IMG/VR virus record: IMGVR_UViG_3300020044_006431
Coordinates: 1-32,592 of that record
Reading direction: 5' to 3' (one strand)
Source: a virus
Taxonomy: Duplodnaviria; Caudoviricetes
Length of the DNA: 32,592 nt
In this document: positions 1 through 8,316 of the stretch, in pieces
Layout: each line of letters opens with the position of its first letter
How positions within the stretch are numbered: position 1 is the first letter of the stretch
Notes under the pieces: model-generated
The model's database searches: none
What the model was told of the DNA's origin: nothing
Seen by the model: only the letters and a program-made list of their open reading frames with translations
Position numbers and translations under genes: made by a program

Positions 1-121
1 ACTACGAATTCCAACCGGGCTTATTTTCGCATCCCGATTCAATTGAATTCGAATTTCATTCAATCATTTACAAAGGGCGAAATATTACCTATATTCTTTC
101 AATCGAAAGTTTAAACGAAAT
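1..121. repeat. Terminal direct repeat, left copy (circular overlap)
   Basis: 1-121 is identical to 32472-32592, and an ORF reads through the junction. Confidence 0.95.
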
Positions 122-218
122 CGAAAAAATGATTTTAGAGCTGGAACAGGACGACCCTTCGGACGATGGACCCGATCCCGATTATTATTACGATATGAGA
201 AAAAACGGCGATATATGA
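1..218 (+). CDS. 3' part of junction-spanning ORF (starts at 32252 or 32420), acidic C-terminus
   Basis: Frame continues YEFQPGLFSHPDS...EQDDPSDDGPDPDYYYDMRKNGDI to TGA at 216-218, with an ATGA overlap into the next gene. Confidence 0.7.
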   Translation, partial: YEFQPGLFSHPDSIEFEFHSIIYKGRNITYILSIESLNEIEKMILELEQDDPSDDGPDPDYYYDMRKNGDI

Positions 219-415
219 AAAACGAAAACGGAATGCGGATAAGAAAGTTAAGGCGGGAATTCGATATTACTCAGGACGAAATCGGAAAAGAAATCGGGCT
301 TCAAAATGGAAAATATATTTCCCACATTGAAAGCGGGTTTCGGAATTGTTCAAACGATTACGCTGAAATAATAATTAACGCTTTAAACAAACTTAAAACC
401 AAAAAATCGAAGTAA
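215..415 (+). CDS. XRE/Cro-like helix-turn-helix transcriptional regulator
   Basis: IRKLRREFDITQDEIGKEIG...YISHIESG matches the HTH_3 pattern. Confidence 0.85.
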   Translation: MKNENGMRIRKLRREFDITQDEIGKEIGLQNGKYISHIESGFRNCSNDYAEIIINALNKLKTKKSK

Positions 416-816
416 TGGACGCGCTAAACATTTTAATTTATTCAGGGGCTGCGATTGCGATTTCAGTTCAATCAATTCAAAACACCTATTTAAAAAAGAA
501 AAATTCAAAACTCGAAAAAATGGAAAGCAATTTATTTTTAGAAAACGCCGAATTGAAAAAACATCGAGCGCATTTAAATTTTGTAATAAGCGAACAAGCC
601 GAAACAATTTCCGATCTACGTTCTCAAATGGAAAACCAATTTTTAAACGTCGATTACCTTAAAACGATTTTAGCAAAATACCAGCGTTTAAATAATGAGC
701 TTTGCGACAAAATCGACACGCTAATTGATAAAAGAATTTACAACGGCAAACAAAAAAAAGCAACTCAAACGAAAACAGATAAACCGATTTACGAATTCAA
801 AACTAAAACTAACTAA
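415..816 (+). CDS. Hypothetical protein, N-terminal hydrophobic anchor plus coiled coil
   Basis: Hydrophobic N-terminus, heptad-like middle, TAATG coupling to the upstream gene. Confidence 0.65.
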   Translation: MDALNILIYSGAAIAISVQSIQNTYLKKKNSKLEKMESNLFLENAELKKHRAHLNFVISEQAETISDLRSQMENQFLNVDYLKTILAKYQRLNNELCDKIDTLIDKRIYNGKQKKATQTKTDKPIYEFKTKTN

Positions 817-817
817 T

Positions 818-1087
818 ATGGAAATTCAAGGAACTTTAATTAAAATTTTACCGATTGAATCGGGCGCAAAAAAAGACGGCGGCGAATGGTCCAGCCAAAA
901 TATAATAGTTGAACAGGAAGGGCAATATCCAAAACCAGTTTCGATTACTTTATTCGGCGATAAAATAAACCTATTAAACGGAATCCAGCTAAACGATAAA
1001 TTGAGCGTTTCGATTAATTTAGAAAGCCGCGAGTATAACGATAAGTATTTTACAAAGGTTAACGCGTGGAAAATCTCGAAACTATGA
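818..1087 (+). CDS. DUF3127-family OB-fold protein (putative ssDNA-binding protein)
   Basis: MEIQG.LI.ILP..SG....W..Q......QYPK.....LFGDK...SREYN.KYFT...AWKI is the DUF3127 pattern; start set at ATG 818 rather than 725. Confidence 0.8.
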   Translation: MEIQGTLIKILPIESGAKKDGGEWSSQNIIVEQEGQYPKPVSITLFGDKINLLNGIQLNDKLSVSINLESREYNDKYFTKVNAWKISKL

Positions 1088-1377
1088 ACAAGGTTATTAT
1101 AAAACACAGTTTACCCCAAAACGATCAACGCTGGACGTTAAATGTTTTACGCGGTTCGGTTTTCCTTTCATCCATTATTAACGAAAAGGACCAAACGATT
1201 TCCGTTTACTTTTTATGCAATCAGGAAGAAAAGGAAACAGAGGTTCGAATATTTCAGGATATTGGAACGGGACGCCCTTTTAATAATTCCGATCCCGATT
1301 ATTTTTTAAAGCACGTTGCGACCTTATCCCAGCACGAAGGGAACATTATACACCATTTATTTGAAGTTATATGTTAG
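1084..1377 (+). CDS. Conserved phage protein (DUF7352-like)
   Basis: R.F..IGTG...HVAT.....G..IHHLFEV pattern; ATGA overlap at 1084-1087 supports this start. Confidence 0.6.
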   Translation: MNKVIIKHSLPQNDQRWTLNVLRGSVFLSSIINEKDQTISVYFLCNQEEKETEVRIFQDIGTGRPFNNSDPDYFLKHVATLSQHEGNIIHHLFEVIC

Positions 1378-1457
1378 GGTTCTTAATTGGAACGTTTGCG
1401 GCGGCGGTTTCGATGTATTTTATAACCGTCCATTTAACCGATTTCGATTCAGAATGA
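1371..1457 (+). CDS. Putative 28-aa membrane peptide
   Basis: MLGFLIGTFAAAVSMYFITVHLTDFDSE; start overlaps the upstream stop; below the ORF-track cutoff. Confidence 0.45.
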   Translation: MLGFLIGTFAAAVSMYFITVHLTDFDSE

Positions 1458-1484
1458 GCAAAACGCGCCGATTTTGACGCGCTT

Positions 1485-1521
1485 AAGCCCCGAAGAACTA
1501 CCATTCAAGGGGCTTTTTATT
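1485..1521 (+). terminator. Probable intrinsic terminator
   Basis: AAGCCCC (1485-1491) / GGGGCTT (1509-1515) stem followed by a T-rich tract; the loop is long. Confidence 0.55.
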
Positions 1522-1591
1522 ACTTAAAACGAAAATAAACGCGCACATTTTCAGTACATTACAATTATTTTTAAATTATTTTTTGCGATGT

Positions 1592-1621
1592 GTTGTAATT
1601 GATAGAAAAAGTCTATCTTTG
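1592..1621 (+). promoter_or_regulatory. Bacteroidota sigma-A promoter with overlapping operator palindrome
   Basis: TATCTTTG (-7 box) at 1614-1621, GTTG at 1592-1595, GATAGA-N5-TCTATC at 1601-1617. Confidence 0.7.
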
Positions 1622-1666
1622 AATATACCAAAACGGTAAAAGTTTAACCCCTAAAAATTTAAAACG

Positions 1667-2005
1667 ATGTCTTATTTATCAACTGAAAGAGTAAAAGAAA
1701 TTAGAACGGCTTTAAAAGCACAATTTCCAAACGTGAAATTTTCAATTAAGCGCGAACATTATTCAGGCGTTCGCATTGCGGTTTTATCTTCGAAAGTAGA
1801 TTTCGCAACGGATTACAAAAGAGTTAATGAGTATTATATCAACGAACATTTTTCAGGCGATCAAGCCGAATTACTTTCAAAGGTTTATGATATTGCCAGC
1901 GAAGGGACCACGTACCGCGAAACAGGCGATTACGGAACGCAACCTTCACACTATGTTTGGTTAACTATCGGTTCTTCGGATAAAAATTACGAATTAAAAA
2001 AATAA
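1667..2005 (+). CDS. LPD29-like early protein
   Basis: K.IR..LK..FP.VKFSI.R..YS.V.I motif resembles large polyvalent protein-associated domain 29. Confidence 0.6.
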   Translation: MSYLSTERVKEIRTALKAQFPNVKFSIKREHYSGVRIAVLSSKVDFATDYKRVNEYYINEHFSGDQAELLSKVYDIASEGTTYRETGDYGTQPSHYVWLTIGSSDKNYELKK

Positions 2006-2012
2006 AATTAAC

Positions 2013-2030
2013 GGGCGGGTAAAACCGCCC
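2013..2030 (+). repeat. GGGCGG-loop-CCGCCC intergenic stem-loop, copy 1
   Basis: GGGCGG GTAAAA CCGCCC; same stem at 31807 and 32054. Confidence 0.8.
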
Positions 2031-2058
2031 ATATTTAAAACCTTAAAACCCCTACAAA

Positions 2059-2475
2059 ATGAAATCTTTATTTGTATTAACAGGCGCCGCGCTTTTAATT
2101 TTCGGCGGTATTTTAACGGCTCGATCTAAAAACAGAAAGCCGAAACCCGAAACCATTTGCGACAAAGCAAACAAGTTTAAGGAATGGATATATTTTAAAT
2201 CCAATGCCAGCGAATTAAATTACTACGCTTATAACCCTATTTTAAAACAGTTTATTGAGGTTATTAATATAATGGACCGTTACGGAATAAACGTTCGAAA
2301 TAGCAACGCAATGAACGCCGAACGGATTATAAAAGACTATTTTAACGAATGCCGTTTAGAACTATTCAGAAACTACGAAAAAACAACCGAAGCAAATTTT
2401 GTTCACGCGTTTAACTCGGTTAATATTGAAATTACAAAATCATTCGAACCAATTTTAAATAAACACTTTAACTAA
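2059..2475 (+). CDS. Hypothetical membrane-anchored protein
   Basis: N-terminal TM-like segment LFVLTGAALLIFGGILTA. Confidence 0.7.
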   Translation: MKSLFVLTGAALLIFGGILTARSKNRKPKPETICDKANKFKEWIYFKSNASELNYYAYNPILKQFIEVINIMDRYGINVRNSNAMNAERIIKDYFNECRLELFRNYEKTTEANFVHAFNSVNIEITKSFEPILNKHFN

Positions 2476-2489
2476 AACCCCAAACAAAA

Positions 2490-2852
2490 ATGAAAATTCA
2501 ACAACTTGCAAGCGGCGAAATTCAGATTACATTTCGCCCCGATGAAATCGCAAATTTTCAAACCGCCTTACCGCTGGAAGAAATCGGAAACATTAAACGT
2601 TTCGAAGATTGTTTAAATAACATTCACTTTAAAACGCGGGATTTCTTAAAAGACCTTCGCGATCATTACGGAATTGGAATCGAAATAAATCGACGCGATA
2701 AAAAAGTAAACGAACTTGGTTTTAAAAATCAAATTTCAGACGTTTCAAAGGTTCTTAAATTTCACGAAAAAAACGGCTTAATTACCGTTAAAAGAAATAA
2801 CGAAATCTATGATACCACTACAAAAATCCTTACCTTTAAGTTCAACTTTTAA
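2490..2852 (+). CDS. Hypothetical protein (possible winged-helix C-terminus)
   Basis: ORF within the operon; VSKVLKFHEKNGLITVKR resembles a wHTH recognition helix and wing. Confidence 0.6.
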   Translation: MKIQQLASGEIQITFRPDEIANFQTALPLEEIGNIKRFEDCLNNIHFKTRDFLKDLRDHYGIGIEINRRDKKVNELGFKNQISDVSKVLKFHEKNGLITVKRNNEIYDTTTKILTFKFNF

Positions 2853-2872
2853 CAATTAAAACCCCTGTAAAA

Positions 2873-3733
2873 ATGGAAAACAAAACCCCCGTAAAAATCG
2901 AAAATACCATTAAAACGTTTTTCGAAAAACCAGCCGTTAAAAACAAATTTCAGGAAGTAATCGGCAAACGTTCAACACAGTTTATTAGTTCAATTCTACA
3001 AATTACCGCTAACAATTCAATGTTGAAAAATGCCGATCCGATTTCGGTATACAACGCCGCGTTAATGGCTGCAACATTAGATTTACCCATTAACCAAAAT
3101 TTGGGCTTTGCGTGGATTGTACCCTACGGAAAAGCCGCGCAATTTCAGTTAGGCGTTAAAGGTTTAGTTCAACTTGCCCAGCGTTCGGGTCAATACCTAA
3201 ATATTAATGTAATCGAAGTTTATGAAAATCAATTCGAGAGCTTCAACACGTTAACGGAAAACCTAAATGCAAAATTTGATTTACCGGGCGAAGGAAAAAT
3301 AATAGGTTACGCGGCTTATTTCAAACTAATAAACGGATTCGAAAAAACTTGCTTTTGGACCACGGAAAAAGTAATTCAGCACGGCAAACGATATTCGAAA
3401 TCATTTAACAATGGACCGTGGAAAACCGATTTCGACGCAATGGCAAAAAAGACCGTTTTAAAATCAACTTTGAGCAAATGGGGTATTTTATCAATCGAAA
3501 TGCAAACCGCCGTTAAAATAGATCAATCGGTTATTAACGATGAAACAGGCGAAAATGTAACCTATGTCGATCACGAAGAAATAGTAATTAACCCCGAAAT
3601 CGAGCGTTTAAGACAATTAATTGAAAGCTCCGAAACGATCGACGAATTAGAGGTTTATGCAAGTTCAATTCCCGAAGAACTTAATCAAATGTTTCAGGAA
3701 AAATATATGAGTTTAACCCCGTCAGAAAAATGA
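2873..3733 (+). CDS. recT: RecT-family single-strand annealing protein
   Basis: AALMAATLDLPINQNLGFAWIVPY, QFQLG.KGLVQLAQRSGQY and W..DFDAMAKKTVLK are RecT motifs. Confidence 0.92.
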   Translation: MENKTPVKIENTIKTFFEKPAVKNKFQEVIGKRSTQFISSILQITANNSMLKNADPISVYNAALMAATLDLPINQNLGFAWIVPYGKAAQFQLGVKGLVQLAQRSGQYLNINVIEVYENQFESFNTLTENLNAKFDLPGEGKIIGYAAYFKLINGFEKTCFWTTEKVIQHGKRYSKSFNNGPWKTDFDAMAKKTVLKSTLSKWGILSIEMQTAVKIDQSVINDETGENVTYVDHEEIVINPEIERLRQLIESSETIDELEVYASSIPEELNQMFQEKYMSLTPSEK

Positions 3734-4428
3734 ATGCAGATAATATAAAATTCCGTTGTAGCTCTTTAGGGGCTTTGATGACTGAATCGCGGAGTAAATC
3801 CGCGGTTCTTTCAGAAACTTGCAAAGCTGAATTAATCAAAGTATTTATAAATGAAAAATACGGGCGAACGAAATCGATTCAAAACAAGTATTTAGAAAAA
3901 GGGATTTCACAGGAAGAAGAATCGATTACCCTTTATTCGAAGTTCAAAAAAAACTATTTCGTAAATAATAAGGCGCGAATGAGTAATGATTTTATAACGG
4001 GCGAATGGGATATTTTGAAAAACGAAATTGTAACCGATATAAAAACTTCGTGGGATATATTTTCTTTCTTTAAAGCGAAAAACGAACCATTAAACAAAGA
4101 TTACTATTTTCAATTACACGGTTATATGAGTTTAACGGGCGCGAAATCTTCAACCCTTGCATATTGTTTAGTCAATACCCCGCTAAATTTAATCGAACAG
4201 GAAAAGAAAAATCTTTGGTTTAAATTAAATTGTCCCGATCTCGAAAGCATTGAATATTTGGCGGGTTGCGAAGAAATCGAACGGCTTTCAATTTATGAAG
4301 ATATACCCGTTAATGAGCGCGTTTTTGAAATCGAAATAGAACGAAACGAAGAAACTATCGAAGCAATTAACAAACGTGTTTTAGAGTGCCGCGAATGGAT
4401 GAATTTAAACCTTTTCGGCAATGAGTAA
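3730..4428 (+). CDS. YqaJ/lambda-exonuclease-like PD-(D/E)XK exonuclease
   Basis: FRCSSLG.LM, KG...EEESI, TGEWD, DIKTSW, YYFQL.GYM.LTG; adjacent to recT. Confidence 0.8.
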   Translation: MNADNIKFRCSSLGALMTESRSKSAVLSETCKAELIKVFINEKYGRTKSIQNKYLEKGISQEEESITLYSKFKKNYFVNNKARMSNDFITGEWDILKNEIVTDIKTSWDIFSFFKAKNEPLNKDYYFQLHGYMSLTGAKSSTLAYCLVNTPLNLIEQEKKNLWFKLNCPDLESIEYLAGCEEIERLSIYEDIPVNERVFEIEIERNEETIEAINKRVLECREWMNLNLFGNE

Positions 4429-4750
4429 AAAGGTTTTCGAAATCGATATTAATTTATTTTGCCGCGCGTATAATTTGACACTTGCACAGGAATTTAGATT
4501 TGATACTTCGCGCCGCTGGAAATCCGATTTTTATATTTTAGAATTCAATTGCTTAATCGAATTCGAGGGTATGGGCGGGAACCATTGGAGCGGTATGGGC
4601 GGCCACCAAACTCTAACGGGTTATACTGCGAACTGCGAAAAATACAACCGGGCTTCATTAATGGGCTTTAAATTACTCAGGTACACGGCAAAGAATTCAA
4701 AGGATTTATTAACTGATTTAAAAACTTTACTAAATGAAAGCGGAATTTGA
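4421..4750 (+). CDS. Small PD-(D/E)XK endonuclease (DUF559/Vsr-like)
   Basis: EFRF...RRWKSDF...LIEFEG...GGH...GY...CEKYN.A...GF.LLRYT pattern. Confidence 0.75.
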   Translation: MSKKVFEIDINLFCRAYNLTLAQEFRFDTSRRWKSDFYILEFNCLIEFEGMGGNHWSGMGGHQTLTGYTANCEKYNRASLMGFKLLRYTAKNSKDLLTDLKTLLNESGI

Positions 4751-4970
4751 AAATTATTTAGCAAAGCACAAAACCGAACCTTTTGTAATGCTGGACGAAA
4801 TGGATTTAGATTTTGAACAGTTTTGTGAACTATTCGAAAGGGATTACGCTTTTCAGCAAATGTGGAAAATTGGATGCGATTTTAATTACTACGAAATCAG
4901 GGCGGGAAAATGCCAAAATGCAAAAGTAGTTCACGGGAAAATAATTTGCAGCGTGAAAGGTTGTAATTGA
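4734..4970 (+). CDS. Hypothetical protein
   Basis: ORF overlapping the upstream stop; Cys-rich C-terminus. Confidence 0.6.
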   Translation: MKAEFENYLAKHKTEPFVMLDEMDLDFEQFCELFERDYAFQQMWKIGCDFNYYEIRAGKCQNAKVVHGKIICSVKGCN

Positions 4971-4978
4971 AAAATAAG

Positions 4979-4986
4979 TATATTTG
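4979..4986 (+). promoter_or_regulatory. Bacteroidota -7 promoter box
   Basis: TATATTTG immediately upstream of a structured intergenic leader. Confidence 0.6.
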
Positions 4987-4990
4987 TAAA

Positions 4991-5096
4991 CGTTTGGAGG
5001 TCGAAGCCCGAATGCAACTAAAAACATTTTGCCCATTGAGGGCTGCGAGGAATGAAAATCGTTCCGCTTCGACCGCAGCTTTTAATGGGCTTTTTT
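4991..5096 (+). ncRNA. Structured leader / attenuator RNA with potential pseudoknot
   Basis: Hairpin 4991-5014 (loop AGGTCGAAGC); long stem 5031-5047/5074-5090 with G-U pairs, inner hairpin 5049-5065 and T6 tail; 4999-5007 is complementary to 5066-5074. Confidence 0.65.
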
Positions 5097-5108
5097 ATTT
5101 GAAAAATT

Positions 5109-5312
5109 ATGATAACAAAACTCGAAGAACTGAAGAAAAAAGAATTGATTGAAATTCTTAAAAAGCTATTTATAGAAAAAAAGCTAAATCAAATTAATAA
5201 TGATTTTCCGGATAATGATTTTAAGAAATTTGAATTAATGGAGCTTTTAATTTTAGATGCTGCAATTGATTTAGATATAATTATTTTAAGTTATTTCGGT
5301 TACGATGTTTGA
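5109..5312 (+). CDS. Hypothetical protein
   Basis: ORF after the leader, overlapping the start of the replication gene. Confidence 0.6.
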   Translation: MITKLEELKKKELIEILKKLFIEKKLNQINNDFPDNDFKKFELMELLILDAAIDLDIIILSYFGYDV

Positions 5313-6033
5313 GTATTTTAATGGCTTTTGGAATTGGGCTTTAAATAATCCTGAGAAAAATAACCCAACGGCAACGGCAATCTATTTTTATATTTTAAAC
5401 GTTGCAAATGAATTGCGCTGGAAGGAATCTTTCGGGCTTAGTTCAACTCAGATAATTAGCGCGGTCGGGGTTTCTAATTATAAAACTTATAAAAAGAATC
5501 TCGATATTTTAGTTGAAAACGGTTTAATTAAAATTGTAGTTCAAAGCAAAAATCAATATCAATGTAATATTATTGCTTTGGTAAAATTTACCGAAGCAAG
5601 TCCAAAGCAAAACCAAAGCAAAGCCGAAGCAAAGAAAAAGCAAAGCGAAAGCAACGCCCATAATCATAAGACTATTAAAAACGATAAAGACTTTATAAAC
5701 GATAAAGACAATAAAGAGGGAAATAAAATTTTAATCGATGTTTCAAAAAATCAAAACAACGTTTCGGGGGCTTGGTTTAAAAAAGCAACCGCCGCCGAAT
5801 TTATAGAACGATTGCAAATATTCAGGAACGAAAACCCGAACAACGGTTACCCCGAAATAATGTTTAGCGATTTCATTAATTACTATACAACGCCAAACGA
5901 TAAAAACGGAATCCGATTAAACAATTATACTAACTTCGGATTTCAAAACAACCTTTACGAATGGAAGCACGATATTAAACACGCTGGAAAATACGAAATC
6001 AAAACCCCTAAAAAAAAATTGCACTATGAATAA
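5305..6033 (+). CDS. Phage replication initiator (lambda O/DnaD-like role)
   Basis: N-terminal wHTH-like region (AIYFYIL..AN.L.W...F...YKK.L..LVENGLIK), internal iterons, directly upstream of DnaB. Confidence 0.75.
   Translation: MFEYFNGFWNWALNNPEKNNPTATAIYFYILNVANELRWKESFGLSSTQIISAVGVSNYKTYKKNLDILVENGLIKIVVQSKNQYQCNIIALVKFTEASPKQNQSKAEAKKKQSESNAHNHKTIKNDKDFINDKDNKEGNKILIDVSKNQNNVSGAWFKKATAAEFIERLQIFRNENPNNGYPEIMFSDFINYYTTPNDKNGIRLNNYTNFGFQNNLYEWKHDIKHAGKYEIKTPKKKLHYE
5573..5718. repeat. Iteron array / putative replication origin
   Basis: Six tandem 11-bp units nnnAAGCAAnn at 5591-5656, one inverted copy at 5573-5585, then ATAAAGAC-type AT-rich repeats. Confidence 0.75.
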
Positions 6034-7423
6034 CCCCAACGATCAAATTGAAAAAACGCTTATCGGAATTTTACTTTCTCCGAATGAAATTTACAAAGAA
6101 ATCATTTCGCAAATCGGACCGCACCATTTTGAAAACGAACTTTGCAAAAAAACATTCCATTTCATAAAAAAAATAAATGACGAAGGAAAACGCCCCGATC
6201 CCGTTTCACTTTTGAACGCGTGGAAATCTTCGGAATCCTTTTCAATGGATGAATACGCCGAAGCCCTTAAAACAAGTCAAAACGTTACTTATAACGAGAA
6301 TATACCCGAACTAATTGAAACGCTGCATAACGCCTTAATAACCCGAAATATTACGAAAATTTATTATGAAGTCGGAATAGGTTTGCACGAAAAAAGACCG
6401 GGGCGCGATATTGCCGAAGAAATGATTAAACGCCTAACCAAACTAACCGAAGAAGGTTCGGAGCTGCAAAAAATTGTTGAAATGCCCGAACTAACAACAA
6501 ACGAACGCGAAGCATATTACCGCCGCGCTGAATTAGCGAAGTCAGGGCAAACAAGCGGATTGGAAACGGGGATTGAATCAGTAAATAAATTCACGGGCGG
6601 TTGGCAAAACGAATTAATTATTATCGGGGCGCGTCCATCAATGGGGAAAACCGCCCTTGCTTTATTTTTCGGAATGCAAACAGGAAAGCCCGGAATATAT
6701 TTTAATTTAGAAATGTCGCAATCGCAATTAACCCAGCGTTTAATTCTCCAAAACGCAAACGAAAGAATCCGATCTTCGGCTTTAAGGGACGGAACGTTAA
6801 ACAATGAAGAATTAACCCATTTTGAAAAGACGATCGGAATAGTTGAAAACAAACCTTTTAAAATATACGATAAAGCTGGATGCGGGGTAAATGAAGCAAT
6901 ACGCATTATAAAGCGACACGCGCGTTTAAATCAATGCGAATGGGTAGTTATTGACTATTTGCAGTTAATGAGCTTAGAAGGGTTCAAAGGGGGTAACAGG
7001 GAAGCGGAAGTTTCGCAAATATCCCGCACATTGAAAGCCGCGCAAAAGGAATTGAATATTCCCTTTATTGTTTTAGCTCAGTTAAACAGAAAATGCGAAG
7101 AAACAAGCGATAAAAAACCGTCCCTTTCACATTTGCGCGAATCGGGATCCATTGAACAGGATGCGGACACGGTGGCTTTTATTTGGAGGCCCGAATATTA
7201 CGATCTAAAAAACGAAGAAACGGGCGCACCCTACACAAACGAAATATTCCTTTTATTCGAGAAACATAGACAAGGCGCAACGGGTTCCGTAGGTTTTCGG
7301 CACAATTCCACAATGTCGAGTTTTCACGGAATGAATGAAATCCCGAACCAATTTCCCGAATTAAAAACTAATTTGCAGCCGAATAAATCATTTTACGAAG
7401 TCGATCGAGAATTACCATTTTAA
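6026..7423 (+). CDS. dnaB: Replicative DNA helicase, DnaB family
   Basis: GARPSMGKT Walker A, FNLEMS, VVIDYLQL, LAQLNR, LRESGSIEQDAD, KHRQGATG. Confidence 0.96.
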   Translation: MNNPNDQIEKTLIGILLSPNEIYKEIISQIGPHHFENELCKKTFHFIKKINDEGKRPDPVSLLNAWKSSESFSMDEYAEALKTSQNVTYNENIPELIETLHNALITRNITKIYYEVGIGLHEKRPGRDIAEEMIKRLTKLTEEGSELQKIVEMPELTTNEREAYYRRAELAKSGQTSGLETGIESVNKFTGGWQNELIIIGARPSMGKTALALFFGMQTGKPGIYFNLEMSQSQLTQRLILQNANERIRSSALRDGTLNNEELTHFEKTIGIVENKPFKIYDKAGCGVNEAIRIIKRHARLNQCEWVVIDYLQLMSLEGFKGGNREAEVSQISRTLKAAQKELNIPFIVLAQLNRKCEETSDKKPSLSHLRESGSIEQDADTVAFIWRPEYYDLKNEETGAPYTNEIFLLFEKHRQGATGSVGFRHNSTMSSFHGMNEIPNQFPELKTNLQPNKSFYEVDRELPF

Positions 7424-7433
7424 AAAAAACACT

Positions 7434-7676
7434 ATGTCAAAAGAAAACAAAAACCCTAAATGTTTCGAAATTATTATTCCTGAAAGTTATTCAATGGAAT
7501 GTAATAATAATTTTCACGCGCCAAAACATTCATTTAAAAATGGCAAATATTATAAAAATGATAAATATTTTGGAGATGTAATTTATAGCGATAATAAAAC
7601 AATTCAAGTCGAATGTAAAAATGATAATATTTTTATGCAAGGTCAAATTATTACAATTCATTTAGTCAATTCTTAA
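7434..7676 (+). CDS. Hypothetical protein
   Basis: ORF with A-rich leader; AT-rich composition. Confidence 0.6.
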   Translation: MSKENKNPKCFEIIIPESYSMECNNNFHAPKHSFKNGKYYKNDKYFGDVIYSDNKTIQVECKNDNIFMQGQIITIHLVNS

Positions 7677-7692
7677 AACTAAAAAAAACAAT

Positions 7693-8124
7693 ATGAAAGC
7701 AAAACCAAACTTTAACAAACGCGAAAAAATTAAAGGCGCATTAAAATTTACCGCCGAAATTTACGGGAACGATCTTCTAAAAACTAAATTGAAAGATAAT
7801 CCCGACGCAATCGAAATATTAAATTCAACTCACGAACAATACACCCGATTTATAGAAAACGGAATTCGGGAAGCTCTGAAAAAAAACGGCTTTGATTTTT
7901 TAGATCATAACGCAATGATTGAATTTTTAACAACACGTTGCGAAATCCGAAGGGACGAAACCGTAATTTCAAAACACGGGAACCCGAACCCGCTTAACGT
8001 CCTGTATTCAGATTTCCGAACCGAAAACGAAACGTTAATTTGTAGCTGGAACGATTCCCCCGAAACAATCGATAATTTAGGAATGCAGCCAAAACCCGAA
8101 GAAACCACAAATACCACCTTTTAA
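7693..8124 (+). CDS. Hypothetical protein
   Basis: 143-aa ORF with A-rich leader. Confidence 0.7.
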   Translation: MKAKPNFNKREKIKGALKFTAEIYGNDLLKTKLKDNPDAIEILNSTHEQYTRFIENGIREALKKNGFDFLDHNAMIEFLTTRCEIRRDETVISKHGNPNPLNVLYSDFRTENETLICSWNDSPETIDNLGMQPKPEETTNTTF

Positions 8125-8142
8125 ACCGTAAATTTTTAAACT

Positions 8143-8316
8143 ATGAAAAATAAAACCGCCGTTCAATGGTTAGTAGATCAATTATTAAATGAAGATGAAT
8201 TAGAATTTCATAAATTACTTATTGATTTGGCTGAAGCAATGGAAAAGGAGCAAATCGAAAAAGCATTTAAAGACGGAATCGATCAAGGTTTTTATATTGG
8301 AGGAGGTTCTAAATGA
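8143..8316 (+). CDS. Small phage protein of the 'TAVEWL...MEKEQI' type (57 aa, not in ORF track)
   Basis: MKNKTAVQWLVDQL...AEAMEKEQIEKAFKDG; ATGA overlap with the next gene. Confidence 0.7.
   Translation: MKNKTAVQWLVDQLLNEDELEFHKLLIDLAEAMEKEQIEKAFKDGIDQGFYIGGGSK

Noticed and set aside
725-817. N-terminal extension of the DUF3127 ORF
   Set aside because: Overlaps the upstream gene; the family pattern begins at MEIQG (818)
2013-2030. GGGCGG/CCGCCC hairpins as intrinsic terminators
   Set aside because: No adequate U-tract follows on the + strand, and they lie within apparent operons
4967-5152. 61-aa ORF
   Set aside because: TTG start, and it runs across a promoter box, structured RNA and terminator-like tail; the non-coding explanation fits better
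5591-5656. Short tandem repeats as a CRISPR array
   Set aside because: 11-bp units without spacers and no cas genes; they fit iterons
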